64,000 bases of DNA, taken from positions 96,001-160,000 of the forward strand of contig CAWBBV010000011.1 of the NCBI GenBank assembly GCA_963787125.1, written 5' to 3'. Both the position numbers and the translations under genes were made by a program. The notes beneath the pieces were generated by a model. The model searched no databases. It had not been told where the DNA came from and was given only the letters and a program-made list of their open reading frames with translations. Source of the DNA: an uncultured delta proteobacterium. Lineage in GTDB: Bacteria; Desulfobacterota; Desulfuromonadia; Geobacterales; DSM-12255. Positions 55,523 through 64,000 of this stretch are shown piece by piece (position 1 is the first letter of the stretch; each line of letters opens with the position of its first letter).

Positions 55523-58500
55523 TGCCACCTTTCCATTTGCGCTTCACCCAGCCGCCAAGATCATCCATCAGCGTATACATGACCGGCACGACCAGAAGGG
55601 TCAGCAGGGTCGAGGTCAGCAGACCACCGACGACCGCCCGCGCCATGGGGGCGCGCATCTCGGCGCCGGCGCCGATGGCCAGAAACAGCGGCATCATCCC
55701 GAAGATCATGGCCAGAGTGGTCATAACAATCGGCCGCAGCCTTGTCCGTCCCGCCAGAATAACGGCATCCCTTCGACCCATGCCGTCCCGCCGCTGCAGC
55801 ACCTTGGCGTAATCGACCAGCAAAATCGCGTTTTTCGTCACCAGCCCCATCAGCATGATCAGACCGATAAGGCTCATGATGTTGACGGTGTCACCGGTCA
55901 GTTTCAGCATGCCGGCCATGCCGACGATGGAGAGTGGCAGGGCAAGCATAATGGCGAACGGCTCGAAAAAAGATTCGAACTGGGCGGCCAGAATCAGGAA
56001 GACAAAAACGATTGCCAACAGGAGCGATTCGCCCATATAACCGAACGACTCCGCCATATCTTCAGCTTCACCGGAAAGATTGAGCGCATAACCAGGGGGC
56101 ATATTGATCCTTTTGGCTGCCGCCTCCACATGCTTGACAGCTGTGCCGATGGGCAGATTATCCAGATTGGCGCTGACCGTAACCTGGCGGGCAAGATCCC
56201 GGCGGTTGATCTCGGTCGGCGAAGCGGCCGTGTGAGGGGTGACCAGGTTTGCCAGCGGAATCAGCTTCGTCCCCCCGGCCCCGTCCGGAATCGAGACTTT
56301 AAGATTGCTCACCTGGGCCGGATCACGGCGCAGACTCTCCGGCAGCCGCACCCGCACATCAATGGCATCACCATCCTCATCTTCGAAAGTGCTGATCGCC
56401 TCACCACCCACCAGACGGCTCAAACTGGCGACGATCCCGCTGGTGGTCACTCCGGCAGCCAGAGCCCGTTCACGATCAACCCGCAGGCGGTATTCCGGAA
56501 TATCATGCTCCAGCGTCACGGCCAGATCAACTATCCCCGGAACCTTGTACAACTCCTCTTTCAGCTTCAGGCCAAGTGTTTTAAGGGTTGCCAGGTCATC
56601 ACCCTTGAGATTGACGTTGAGCGGTTTCTGCGCCCCGCCGACCTGGCCGACCTCTTCGATGGAGAAAGTTATCCCGGCAACGGCCTGGAACTTTTCCCGC
56701 ACATCCCGCTGAATCTGAAACTGATTCCGCTTGCGTTCGCTGCGCTCCTTGAGCTTCAGGTAGATCAGACCGTCACGGACAGTGCCGTTATCGCCGGCAC
56801 CGATAGTTGCATAGTTGTGGTCGATTTCCGGGATTGCCTTCAGAGCCTCAAGCAGGGCGTTCAGGCGTCCTTCCGTCTCTGCCATGCTCGCATCGGGGGC
56901 GGTCTTGAATGATACCTGGAACTCCCCCTTGTCGTAGATCGCCATGAAGGAGGATTCCAGGGTGCTGAAGATAAACAGCCCCAGGACGAACGCGCCGAAA
57001 GCCATCGCCATAATGCTCTTTCTGTGATCCAGCGCCCAGCCGATGGCGCCCCGGTAGCGATCTGCGGCCAGGTCAAACCAGCTGTTGAACTGCTCCAGCC
57101 ACCTGGCAAGCCCTTTACGCCGCCCCTGCATATGGATCGAGGGGTCGTGCCAACGGGAGGAGAGCATCGGATCAAGAGTGAAGGAGACAAAGAGCGACAC
57201 CAGCACGGCAAAGGCGACGCTGATCCCGAACTGGTAGAAAAAGCGGCCGACAATCCCTTTCATGAAGGCGACCGGAATAAAGACGGCGATGATTGACATT
57301 GAAGTGGCAAAGACCGCCAGACCGATCTCGGCAGTACCAAAACGGGCCGCCTGGAGATGATCCTCCCCCCGCTCCAGATGGCGGACAATATTCTCCCGGA
57401 CAACGATAGCATCATCAATCAGCATGCCGATCGCCAGGGAGAGCGCCATCAGAGTCATAACATTCAGGGTCATGCCGAGGGCGTACATAATGATAAAAGC
57501 GGAGATGACCGAAATGGGGAGGGTGATACCGGTGATAACGGTCGAACGCCAGGAGTTGATAAAAAAGAAAACGATCAGAATCGTCAAAATTCCGCCGATG
57601 ATAAGGGTGTCCTTCACATCGGTGAGGGAATCGCGGGTCATGATGGTACCGTCACGCACCATAGTCAGGGTCACATCAGGGGGAAGCTCCTTTTTCACCT
57701 TTTCCATGGTCTTTTTGACTGTGTCTACCAGCTCCACCTCATTGCCGCCGGACTGCTTGTACACATCAAGGCCGATTGCAGGGGCACCGTTGACGGCAGC
57801 GAGCTTGCGTTTCTCCTCAGTACCGTCTGTGACCCGGGCAATTTCGGCTAACGGGATAGCTCTGTTGTTCCTTGTGACAACCGCCATGGCAGCATAGCCA
57901 TCAGCCCGTTCCGGTTTACCGTCAATCCGCATGGGATACTCTGCCGTCCCTTTTGTCAAGCGGCCAAGCGGGGTATTGGTGTTTTCGGAGCGGATACCGG
58001 CAACAACATCATTAACCCCAAGGCCCAGACTGTCCAACTTTGCCGGATCAAGATCGACGCTGATTTCCCTTTTTCTGCCGCCGACCATCTCCACCTTGCC
58101 GACACCGGCAACACTCTCGAAGCGTTTCTTGATCCGCTTTTCCACCAGGATCGTCAGGTCGCGGGGCGACAGTGTCGTTGATTGCACCGCCAGCGAGGCG
58201 ACCGGAGCAGCATTAAAATCCATCTTCTGGATAATCGGCTCGTTGATCCCGTCGGGCAGGGTGCCGCGGATGGAGCCGATCTTGCCGCGGATCTCCTGGG
58301 CGCAATCGTTCACCTTCTGCTCCAGCTGAAACTGCACCATAACCGTCGAGACCCCTTCGCGGGAGGTTGAAAAGACATGCTTTACCCCGGCAATCTGGTT
58401 GACCGAATCTTCAATCCGCTTGGAGATCTCCCGCTCCACCGTTTCCGGAGAAGCTCCGGGGAAGGTGGTAATGACCGAGACCAGCGGGAATTCAACGTTA

Positions 58501-58613
58501 GGGAACATCTCCAGCGGCAGCCGCTTGTAGGAGAAGAGCCCGAGGGTAACGAGCGCCAGCATCATTACCGTGGCGAAGATGGGGCGTTTAATCGATAAAT
58601 CGGAGAGGATCAT
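55515..58613 (-). CDS. RND efflux permease (AcrB/MdtB-C family)
   Basis: 1032 aa; [31 protein letters not shown]. Confidence 0.96.
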   Translation of the reverse strand: MILSDLSIKRPIFATVMMLALVTLGLFSYKRLPLEMFPNVEFPLVSVITTFPGASPETVEREISKRIEDSVNQIAGVKHVFSTSREGVSTVMVQFQLEQKVNDCAQEIRGKIGSIRGTLPDGINEPIIQKMDFNAAPVASLAVQSTTLSPRDLTILVEKRIKKRFESVAGVGKVEMVGGRKREISVDLDPAKLDSLGLGVNDVVAGIRSENTNTPLGRLTKGTAEYPMRIDGKPERADGYAAMAVVTRNNRAIPLAEIARVTDGTEEKRKLAAVNGAPAIGLDVYKQSGGNEVELVDTVKKTMEKVKKELPPDVTLTMVRDGTIMTRDSLTDVKDTLIIGGILTILIVFFFINSWRSTVITGITLPISVISAFIIMYALGMTLNVMTLMALSLAIGMLIDDAIVVRENIVRHLERGEDHLQAARFGTAEIGLAVFATSMSIIAVFIPVAFMKGIVGRFFYQFGISVAFAVLVSLFVSFTLDPMLSSRWHDPSIHMQGRRKGLARWLEQFNSWFDLAADRYRGAIGWALDHRKSIMAMAFGAFVLGLFIFSTLESSFMAIYDKGEFQVSFKTAPDASMAETEGRLNALLEALKAIPEIDHNYATIGAGDNGTVRDGLIYLKLKERSERKRNQFQIQRDVREKFQAVAGITFSIEEVGQVGGAQKPLNVNLKGDDLATLKTLGLKLKEELYKVPGIVDLAVTLEHDIPEYRLRVDRERALAAGVTTSGIVASLSRLVGGEAISTFEDEDGDAIDVRVRLPESLRRDPAQVSNLKVSIPDGAGGTKLIPLANLVTPHTAASPTEINRRDLARQVTVSANLDNLPIGTAVKHVEAAAKRINMPPGYALNLSGEAEDMAESFGYMGESLLLAIVFVFLILAAQFESFFEPFAIMLALPLSIVGMAGMLKLTGDTVNIMSLIGLIMLMGLVTKNAILLVDYAKVLQRRDGMGRRDAVILAGRTRLRPIVMTTLAMIFGMMPLFLAIGAGAEMRAPMARAVVGGLLTSTLLTLLVVPVMYTLMDDLGGWVKRKWKGGNV

Positions 58614-58648
58614 ATTTATTCAGATTCCTTGTTAAACTAAAGAGAAGA

Positions 58649-58677
58649 TTGACATAGTGCTACACAAGTGGTACGCT
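58649..58677 (+). promoter_or_regulatory. Putative sigma70 promoter of the TA pair
   Basis: TTGACA-17 bp-TACGCT, then AAGGAG RBS and ATG at 58699. Confidence 0.6.
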
Positions 58678-58698
58678 TTTACGCAAAGGAGTATAGTC

Positions 58699-58929
58699 AT
58701 GCCTGCAAAAAATCCGCGTATAAATATTGTCTGTGAAGCTCCGCTGTATTACGAAATTTCTCAACTGGCCGAGGCTGAGGGGATATCTCTTTCAGCTACC
58801 GCTAACGACCTTATCCGTGAAGCACTGGAGCTACGCGAAGATCGCGCCCTCTCTGCTCTTGCAGACCATCGGGCAGCAACCTTTGACCGGAAAACTGCAT
58901 TGAGCCTCGATCAGGTCTTCGGCGAGTGA
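58699..58929 (+). CDS. Ribbon-helix-helix antitoxin
   Basis: KNPRINIV...LAEAEGISLS...LIREALELRED; GTGA overlap with the toxin. Confidence 0.82.
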   Translation: MPAKNPRINIVCEAPLYYEISQLAEAEGISLSATANDLIREALELREDRALSALADHRAATFDRKTALSLDQVFGE

Positions 58930-59201
58930 GTTTTACCTTAATCTTTCATCCTGATGTTGCCAGGGACATTGCCCCTCTCAACACAACCTTGAAGGAGCGG
59001 CTGAAGACTGCTATCAGTGAGCGACTAACAACCGAGCCAGCACTCTACGGCAAGCCGCTTCGAGCAACACTTAAAGGTTACTGGAAACTACGTGTCGGCG
59101 ATTACCGGGTTGTTTTTGCCATATGCGGAGACGAGGTCACTGTTTATGCCATCTGCCACCGCAAAGAAGTCTACAACCTCATCCACGGCAGGATCCAATA
59201 G
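58926..59201 (+). CDS. RelE/ParE-family toxin
   Basis: GKPLRATLKGYWKLRVGDYRVVF...ICHRKEVY. Confidence 0.92.
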   Translation: MSFTLIFHPDVARDIAPLNTTLKERLKTAISERLTTEPALYGKPLRATLKGYWKLRVGDYRVVFAICGDEVTVYAICHRKEVYNLIHGRIQ

Positions 59202-60008
59202 CTATTCCCAGACCAGTGTCTCCCCGACCTTCATCTGCCGCAGCAGCATCTCCAGCCCGAGTTTCTTCAGCTCAGCCTTAAACTGCTCGGCAGTTCCGGT
59301 CAGCGCCGGGAATGTGCCGAAATGCATCGGCACCGCCATCATCGGTTGCACCAGCTTCACCGCCTTGGCAGCATCGACCGGCCCCATGGTAAACTTGTCG
59401 CCGATACAGACCAGCATAATGTCTACCTTCCCTTTCAAAAGCGCCATGTCGCCGAACAGATCGGTATCACCGGTATGATAGATGCTGGGTCCCCCTTTCA
59501 CAGAGATCAGGAAGGCACCCGCCCTGCCCGCATAGAGCGGGCCTTTGTCCGTATCCATACTGTCGCCATGAACGGCAGGGATGAATTTAACCAGAACTTC
59601 GCCATCCAGAAGGCGCAAAATACCGCCGAAATTACCGGTTGTCTCCCTTTCAGCCTGTTTTTCCGGGAAGCCCTTATAGGCTACCATTGTCTTTTGCAGG
59701 TCGAATGTCGCCACCAGCTTTGCCCCGGTTTTTTTGGCTATTTCAACAGAATCACCGATATGATCGCCATGGCCGTGGGTCAGAAATATCAGATCAACTT
59801 TAGTGAGCGACTCAAGATCTTTTTTACCATTAGGGTTGGCTGGATTCGTGATCCAGGGATCGACAACCAGAACTTTCCCTCCCGGCGTAACCACCTTGAA
59901 TGCTGACTGCCCGTACCAGGTGATTTGAGCCTTTTCTGCTGCCAAGAGCGGCACCGCTACAAATAGCAGCGCCAATACCGTGATCACGACAAACTTAATC
60001 TTTTCCAT
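59202..60008 (-). CDS. Exported metal-dependent hydrolase, MBL fold (UPF0173-like)
   Basis: Signal peptide, ITWYGQS, THGHGDH, YHTGDT, PMHFGTF. Confidence 0.9.
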   Translation of the reverse strand: MEKIKFVVITVLALLFVAVPLLAAEKAQITWYGQSAFKVVTPGGKVLVVDPWITNPANPNGKKDLESLTKVDLIFLTHGHGDHIGDSVEIAKKTGAKLVATFDLQKTMVAYKGFPEKQAERETTGNFGGILRLLDGEVLVKFIPAVHGDSMDTDKGPLYAGRAGAFLISVKGGPSIYHTGDTDLFGDMALLKGKVDIMLVCIGDKFTMGPVDAAKAVKLVQPMMAVPMHFGTFPALTGTAEQFKAELKKLGLEMLLRQMKVGETLVWE

Positions 60009-60036
60009 GACTCCCCCTTTTATAGTTTTTCTCTAC

Positions 60037-61179
60037 TTACCTCTTTTCGGCCTTTGCAATTGCTACCCGGTCGCCATCTTTCAGATTAAAACCGCCACGA
60101 ACGACATACTGCTCGCCACTTTTAAGTCCGGCAACTATCTCTATCAACTCACCACTGGCAGCGCCTGTTTTGATCTCCCGTCTCCTTGCCACGCCTGCGT
60201 CTACGGCGTTGACGACCCCTTTACCGGCAGCAAGGTCAAGCGCGGTTATGGCGCTGCGCGGGATCAAAACAAGATCTTTGCGCTCGCCGGTCACAATCCG
60301 CCCCTTGGCAAAGAGTCCGCCCTTAAGGAGTTCCGGCACGTTTTTTACCTCGGCGATAACCTTGAGCGAGCGGTCAACAGAGGAGAGTTCCGGGTTGACA
60401 AACATGACCCTGCCGGTAAAGCTTTTGCCGGGTTGGGAATCAACCGTAAAGTTGAGTGGTTGTCCGGTCTTTACCCGGGCTGAGTCAATGGAGGGGACGG
60501 TAACGGTGAGATTGAGGAGACGATTGTCGACAATCCTGAAAATCGGTTTGCCGGCGGCAGCATCGCTGGCAAGATCGCCGACATTGACATCTCGCATGGC
60601 AACAACCCCATCAAGGGGCGAGCTCACTGCACCCTTGGCAAGACGGGCCTTTGTCTGGCGCAGATCCTCCTCTGCCACCCGTATCTGGGCTTTTGCCGAC
60701 TCCAGCCGCGCCTTGGCAGCATCCGTCTCGGTACGGGAATCATCAATAGCCTGCTGGGTTGCCAAACCTGACTCCTTGAGTTTCTGAGTTCTTGCCTGCT
60801 CACGTTCGGCACGGCTGATCAGTACCTGAGCCTGAGCCTGCCCGGCTTTGGCGGCTTCAAGAGCAGCCTCGGCCCGCTTCACCAGCGCCTCCGTCTCGGC
60901 AAGATCGATCCGCGCCAGCGGTGCCCCTTTGGCGACCCTGACCCATTCACTGACATATACCTGCTTTATGAGACCGGGAATCTGGGTCTTGACATCAGCC
61001 CAATACTTCGGATCAAGGGAACCGGTAACATCGACCCCTTCGGAAAGGTTCTGCAGCGTCGCTACCGCTATTTCCACGGCAACAGGGGGTTTTATACTCT
61101 GGGCCTTATCGTTCTTCCCTGAGCAGGCACAAAGAGCAACCAGACAAAACAACAGCGATACAATCCTGACCATCTTCAT
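60037..61179 (-). CDS. RND periplasmic adaptor (membrane fusion protein), lipoprotein
   Basis: Lipobox LCAC, lipoyl half motifs, coiled hairpin, SPLDGVV. Confidence 0.93.
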   Translation of the reverse strand: MKMVRIVSLLFCLVALCACSGKNDKAQSIKPPVAVEIAVATLQNLSEGVDVTGSLDPKYWADVKTQIPGLIKQVYVSEWVRVAKGAPLARIDLAETEALVKRAEAALEAAKAGQAQAQVLISRAEREQARTQKLKESGLATQQAIDDSRTETDAAKARLESAKAQIRVAEEDLRQTKARLAKGAVSSPLDGVVAMRDVNVGDLASDAAAGKPIFRIVDNRLLNLTVTVPSIDSARVKTGQPLNFTVDSQPGKSFTGRVMFVNPELSSVDRSLKVIAEVKNVPELLKGGLFAKGRIVTGERKDLVLIPRSAITALDLAAGKGVVNAVDAGVARRREIKTGAASGELIEIVAGLKSGEQYVVRGGFNLKDGDRVAIAKAEKR

Positions 61180-61190
61180 CTCTTTACTCC

Positions 61191-61802
61191 TTATTTACGA
61201 ACGCAAACGCCGGCAAGAATCAGCTCCAGGACTTTTACCAGTGAGCCGGCATCCATTCTTGGTGGCGTCCGGCAGATCTGCTCCTCCAGTATTGTATTAT
61301 AACTACCTACAAGCGCCCATTTTAAGATACCGCGATCAACCTCCAGAATTTCACCGCGTTCGATGCCTTCGGCAAGCAGTGCGTCAACTATTTCCAGAGT
61401 CCGGTCAAAGAAACTGTTGAAGTCTATGAAAGGTGCCCCTTGGGACGGACCATAGTAGATCGAAAAAGCAAGCCTGACAGAGGCCAGGTTTTCATGGGCG
61501 CCGGTGAACATGCCGGCAAAGAAGTGAATCAAGCGCTCCTTGACACTCCCGGACAAAACCTGCAGCTCCATGACCCGCTGCTCAAAGATTTGACTGATCC
61601 CCCCCATTATCTCCAGATACAGCCCCTCTTTACTGCCAAAATAGTAGTACAGCACCGGCTTGGTAACTCCGGCAGCCGCGACTATCTCCCGCACCGTTGT
61701 CGTCGCATACCCCTTGGAGGTAAAAAGCCGCAACGCCTCGGCCAGCAGCCGTTCGCGCACCGCCGGATTCTCCTGGACATCCTGTAGCAAAATTTTTTCC
61801 AT
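61191..61802 (-). CDS. TetR/AcrR-family regulator
   Basis: LFTSKGYATTTVREIVAAAGVTKPVLYYYFGSKEGL. Confidence 0.95.
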   Translation of the reverse strand: MEKILLQDVQENPAVRERLLAEALRLFTSKGYATTTVREIVAAAGVTKPVLYYYFGSKEGLYLEIMGGISQIFEQRVMELQVLSGSVKERLIHFFAGMFTGAHENLASVRLAFSIYYGPSQGAPFIDFNSFFDRTLEIVDALLAEGIERGEILEVDRGILKWALVGSYNTILEEQICRTPPRMDAGSLVKVLELILAGVCVRK

Positions 61803-61828
61803 CAACCCTCGCAGACGCTAAACATATT

Positions 61829-61844
61829 TACCTACCGGTAAGTA
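61829..61844. promoter_or_regulatory. Putative TetR operator
   Basis: Near-perfect palindrome TACCTACCGGTAAGTA about 27 bp upstream of the TetR start. Confidence 0.6.
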
Positions 61845-61932
61845 CACCACTTGAATCTTCTCCGTCAAGGAAGAAATTGCATTTTTAATTTCAAGTCAAT
61901 ATACTCACAGGATTACAAAGAAAAGGTCTGCC

Positions 61933-62445
61933 ATGATACAAACCATACTCACCTACCCTGATCCCGAGCTGAAAAAGAAATCAGCCCCCGTAACCATCAT
62001 TAACGAAGCCATCCGGCAACTTGTCCTGGATATGGCGGATACGATGTACGCTGCCCCTGGCATTGGCCTGGCCGCGCCGCAGATAGGCGCCCACCAAAGG
62101 GTCATAGTCATTGACATTGCCGCTAGCGACGAACCGCCGGCGCTCATCGCGGCAATTAATCCTGTTATAGTCCACGCAGAAGGCGAGACTTTTGAGGAAG
62201 AGGGGTGTCTCTCTGTGCCGAAATATGCGGCGAACGTGCGCCGCCACGCAAAAGTCGTCGTCAAAGGCCTGAATGTTGATGGCGAGGAGATGACCTGGAA
62301 AGCGGACGGCCTTCTGGCTATCGCCTTCCAGCATGAAATTGACCATCTGGACGGCATCCTCTTTGTCGATCATATCTCCCAGCTAAAACGTGACATTTTC
62401 CGGCGCAAATATCGCAGAGGCCTGGACCCAGAGGGTAATGACTGA
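61933..62445 (+). CDS. def: Peptide deformylase
   Basis: GIGLAAPQIG, EGCLS, QHEIDHL. Confidence 0.97.
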   Translation: MIQTILTYPDPELKKKSAPVTIINEAIRQLVLDMADTMYAAPGIGLAAPQIGAHQRVIVIDIAASDEPPALIAAINPVIVHAEGETFEEEGCLSVPKYAANVRRHAKVVVKGLNVDGEEMTWKADGLLAIAFQHEIDHLDGILFVDHISQLKRDIFRRKYRRGLDPEGND

Positions 62446-63377
62446 TGCAGCCACTGCGTATTGTCTTTATGGGAACGCCGCAGTTTGCCTGTCCAACCCT
62501 GCAGATGCTTATCGACCGGGGCGAAAACGTCATTGCCGCAGTTACCCAGCCTGACCGGCCGAAAGGGCGCGGCCAGCAGCTGCAGCCGCCACCGGTAAAG
62601 GAGCTGGCGCAGAGGCATGACATCCACGTCATCCAACCGCTGAAAGTCCGGGCCGCTGAGACAGTTGCCGAGATTCAAGCACTGCAGCCCGATCTTATCG
62701 TAGTTGTCGCCTTCGGTCAGATCCTCCCCAAAGCGCTGCTCGACATCCCCCGCCTCGGCTGCATAAACATCCACGCCTCCCTGCTCCCCAGGTATCGCGG
62801 CGCCGCGCCCCTCAACTGGTGCATCATCAACGGCGAAAATGAGACCGGCATAACCACCATGATGATGGATGTCGGCCTTGATACCGGCGACATGCTGCTG
62901 AAGAAGACAACAACCATAACGCCGGAAGATGATGCCGTCTCCCTGCATGACCGGCTCTCGCTCCTCGGTGCTGAAACCATGGCAGCAACACTTGACCTGC
63001 TCAAGGAAGGGAAACTGGCCCCCGAAAAACAGGATGATAGCTGCAGCTGCTATGCGCCGATGCTGAAAAAGGAGCTGGGAGAGATCAACTGGAACGCCGC
63101 CACTGACACAATCATCAACCTGGTAAGAGGCATAACCCCCTGGCCCGGTGCATATACAAAGAGCGATGGGAAAACCATCAAGATCCACAAAGTCAGGGCA
63201 GCTTCAGGCTCGGGAGCACCTGGAGAAGTTTTGCGGGCAGACAAAGACGGGATAGAAACAGCGACTGCCGACGGGAGCATCATCATTGAAGAGCTGCAGC
63301 TTGAAGGAAAAAAACGACTGAAAGCAGCAGAGTTCCTGGCCGGCTGCAGGCTTGAGCCCGGGAGCTTTCTGTTTTGA
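62445..63377 (+). CDS. fmt: Methionyl-tRNA formyltransferase
   Basis: FMGTPQFA, TQPDRPKGRG, NIHASLLPRYRGAAP, GLDTGD. Confidence 0.97.
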   Translation: MQPLRIVFMGTPQFACPTLQMLIDRGENVIAAVTQPDRPKGRGQQLQPPPVKELAQRHDIHVIQPLKVRAAETVAEIQALQPDLIVVVAFGQILPKALLDIPRLGCINIHASLLPRYRGAAPLNWCIINGENETGITTMMMDVGLDTGDMLLKKTTTITPEDDAVSLHDRLSLLGAETMAATLDLLKEGKLAPEKQDDSCSCYAPMLKKELGEINWNAATDTIINLVRGITPWPGAYTKSDGKTIKIHKVRAASGSGAPGEVLRADKDGIETATADGSIIIEELQLEGKKRLKAAEFLAGCRLEPGSFLF

Positions 63378-64000
63378 CCCCCCGTAAACGCCTTTTTGTA
63401 GGACTTATGGGGGTAACCTGCCTCCTGATTGTCGGCATCATCTACCTGGGCTGGTGGATTCCGACAAAAGGTCTTGCCAATATCCACCCGGCTCTCCCCG
63501 GCTATGTCGGCTTCACCTTTGCCATCCTCTCCGGACTTGCCATCCTCGGCACTTTTCTGCTGATTCTGACGACCGCCCTTGGCAAAGACATCTTCTTCAC
63601 CCGCTTCATGCGGCTGGTGGTTATCAAATTCCTGTTACCGGCCATAGAGCTTCTCGGCAGGATTCTGGGGATATCAAAAGATACCATCCGCCAGTCTTTC
63701 GTAGCGATGAACAACAGCCTGGTAGAATCACAGAAGCTGGCCGTAAAACCCGACAATATCCTGATTCTTCTCCCCCACTGCCTGCAGTTGGTAGATTGTG
63801 ATATCAAGGTTACCGGCGGGATAGAAAAGTGTGTGCGCTGCGGCAGATGCGATATCAAAGGTCTGGCCGAACTCGCCGAACGCTTTGCGATAGACATCTC
63901 GGTTGCCACCGGCGGCACTCTGGCAAGAAAAGTAATCGTCGAGAAACGGCCAAAACTGGTCATTGCCGTTGCCTGCGAAAGAGATCTCACCTCAGGCATA
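63374..64000 (+). CDS. DUF116-family membrane protein, 3' truncated by window edge
   Basis: Not in the ORF track (no stop in window); TTGA overlap with fmt; MTPRKRLFVGLM..., LLPHCLQ, CVRCGRC, VATGGTLAR, AVACERDL. Confidence 0.85.
   Translation, partial: MTPRKRLFVGLMGVTCLLIVGIIYLGWWIPTKGLANIHPALPGYVGFTFAILSGLAILGTFLLILTTALGKDIFFTRFMRLVVIKFLLPAIELLGRILGISKDTIRQSFVAMNNSLVESQKLAVKPDNILILLPHCLQLVDCDIKVTGGIEKCVRCGRCDIKGLAELAERFAIDISVATGGTLARKVIVEKRPKLVIAVACERDLTSGI

Noticed and set aside
63502..63999. 165 aa minus-strand ORF
   Set aside because: Antisense to the DUF116 gene, which has clear family motifs and is coupled to fmt

Overview
64 kb of a bacterial chromosome. Gene content and order (folC-lptD-rfbD, pyc next to a PpiC foldase, rlmN-mtnP, yhaM-MBL-coaBC-udg, def-fmt-DUF116) suggest a deltaproteobacterium, probably Geobacteraceae/Desulfuromonadia; this is an inference. 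About 58 CDSs, mostly housekeeping. I found no rRNA, tRNA, CRISPR array, integrase, transposase or reverse transcriptase. Main accessory features: (1) an ~11.3 kb block between rfbD and a mannose-6-phosphate isomerase cupin, encoding a secreted SpoIVB/S55 peptidase, a phosphatase, four exported proteins (two DUF1566 paralogues, a repeat/Cys-rich protein, an ankyrin lipoprotein), a large beta-propeller/FN3 protein and a type VII ABC transporter; (2) an AT-rich lipoprotein gene frameshifted at a G10 tract right after its lipobox; (3) three copies of an ~81 bp structured repeat with compensatory base changes, two of which bracket a transglutaminase-like gene; (4) an RND efflux cluster interleaved with a periplasmic MBL hydrolase, an antisense RelBE-type toxin-antitoxin pair, a PabB-PabC fusion and an orphan binding protein; (5) miniature inverted-repeat elements and a BrnA antitoxin remnant. 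All calls come from reading motifs by eye; no database search was run.
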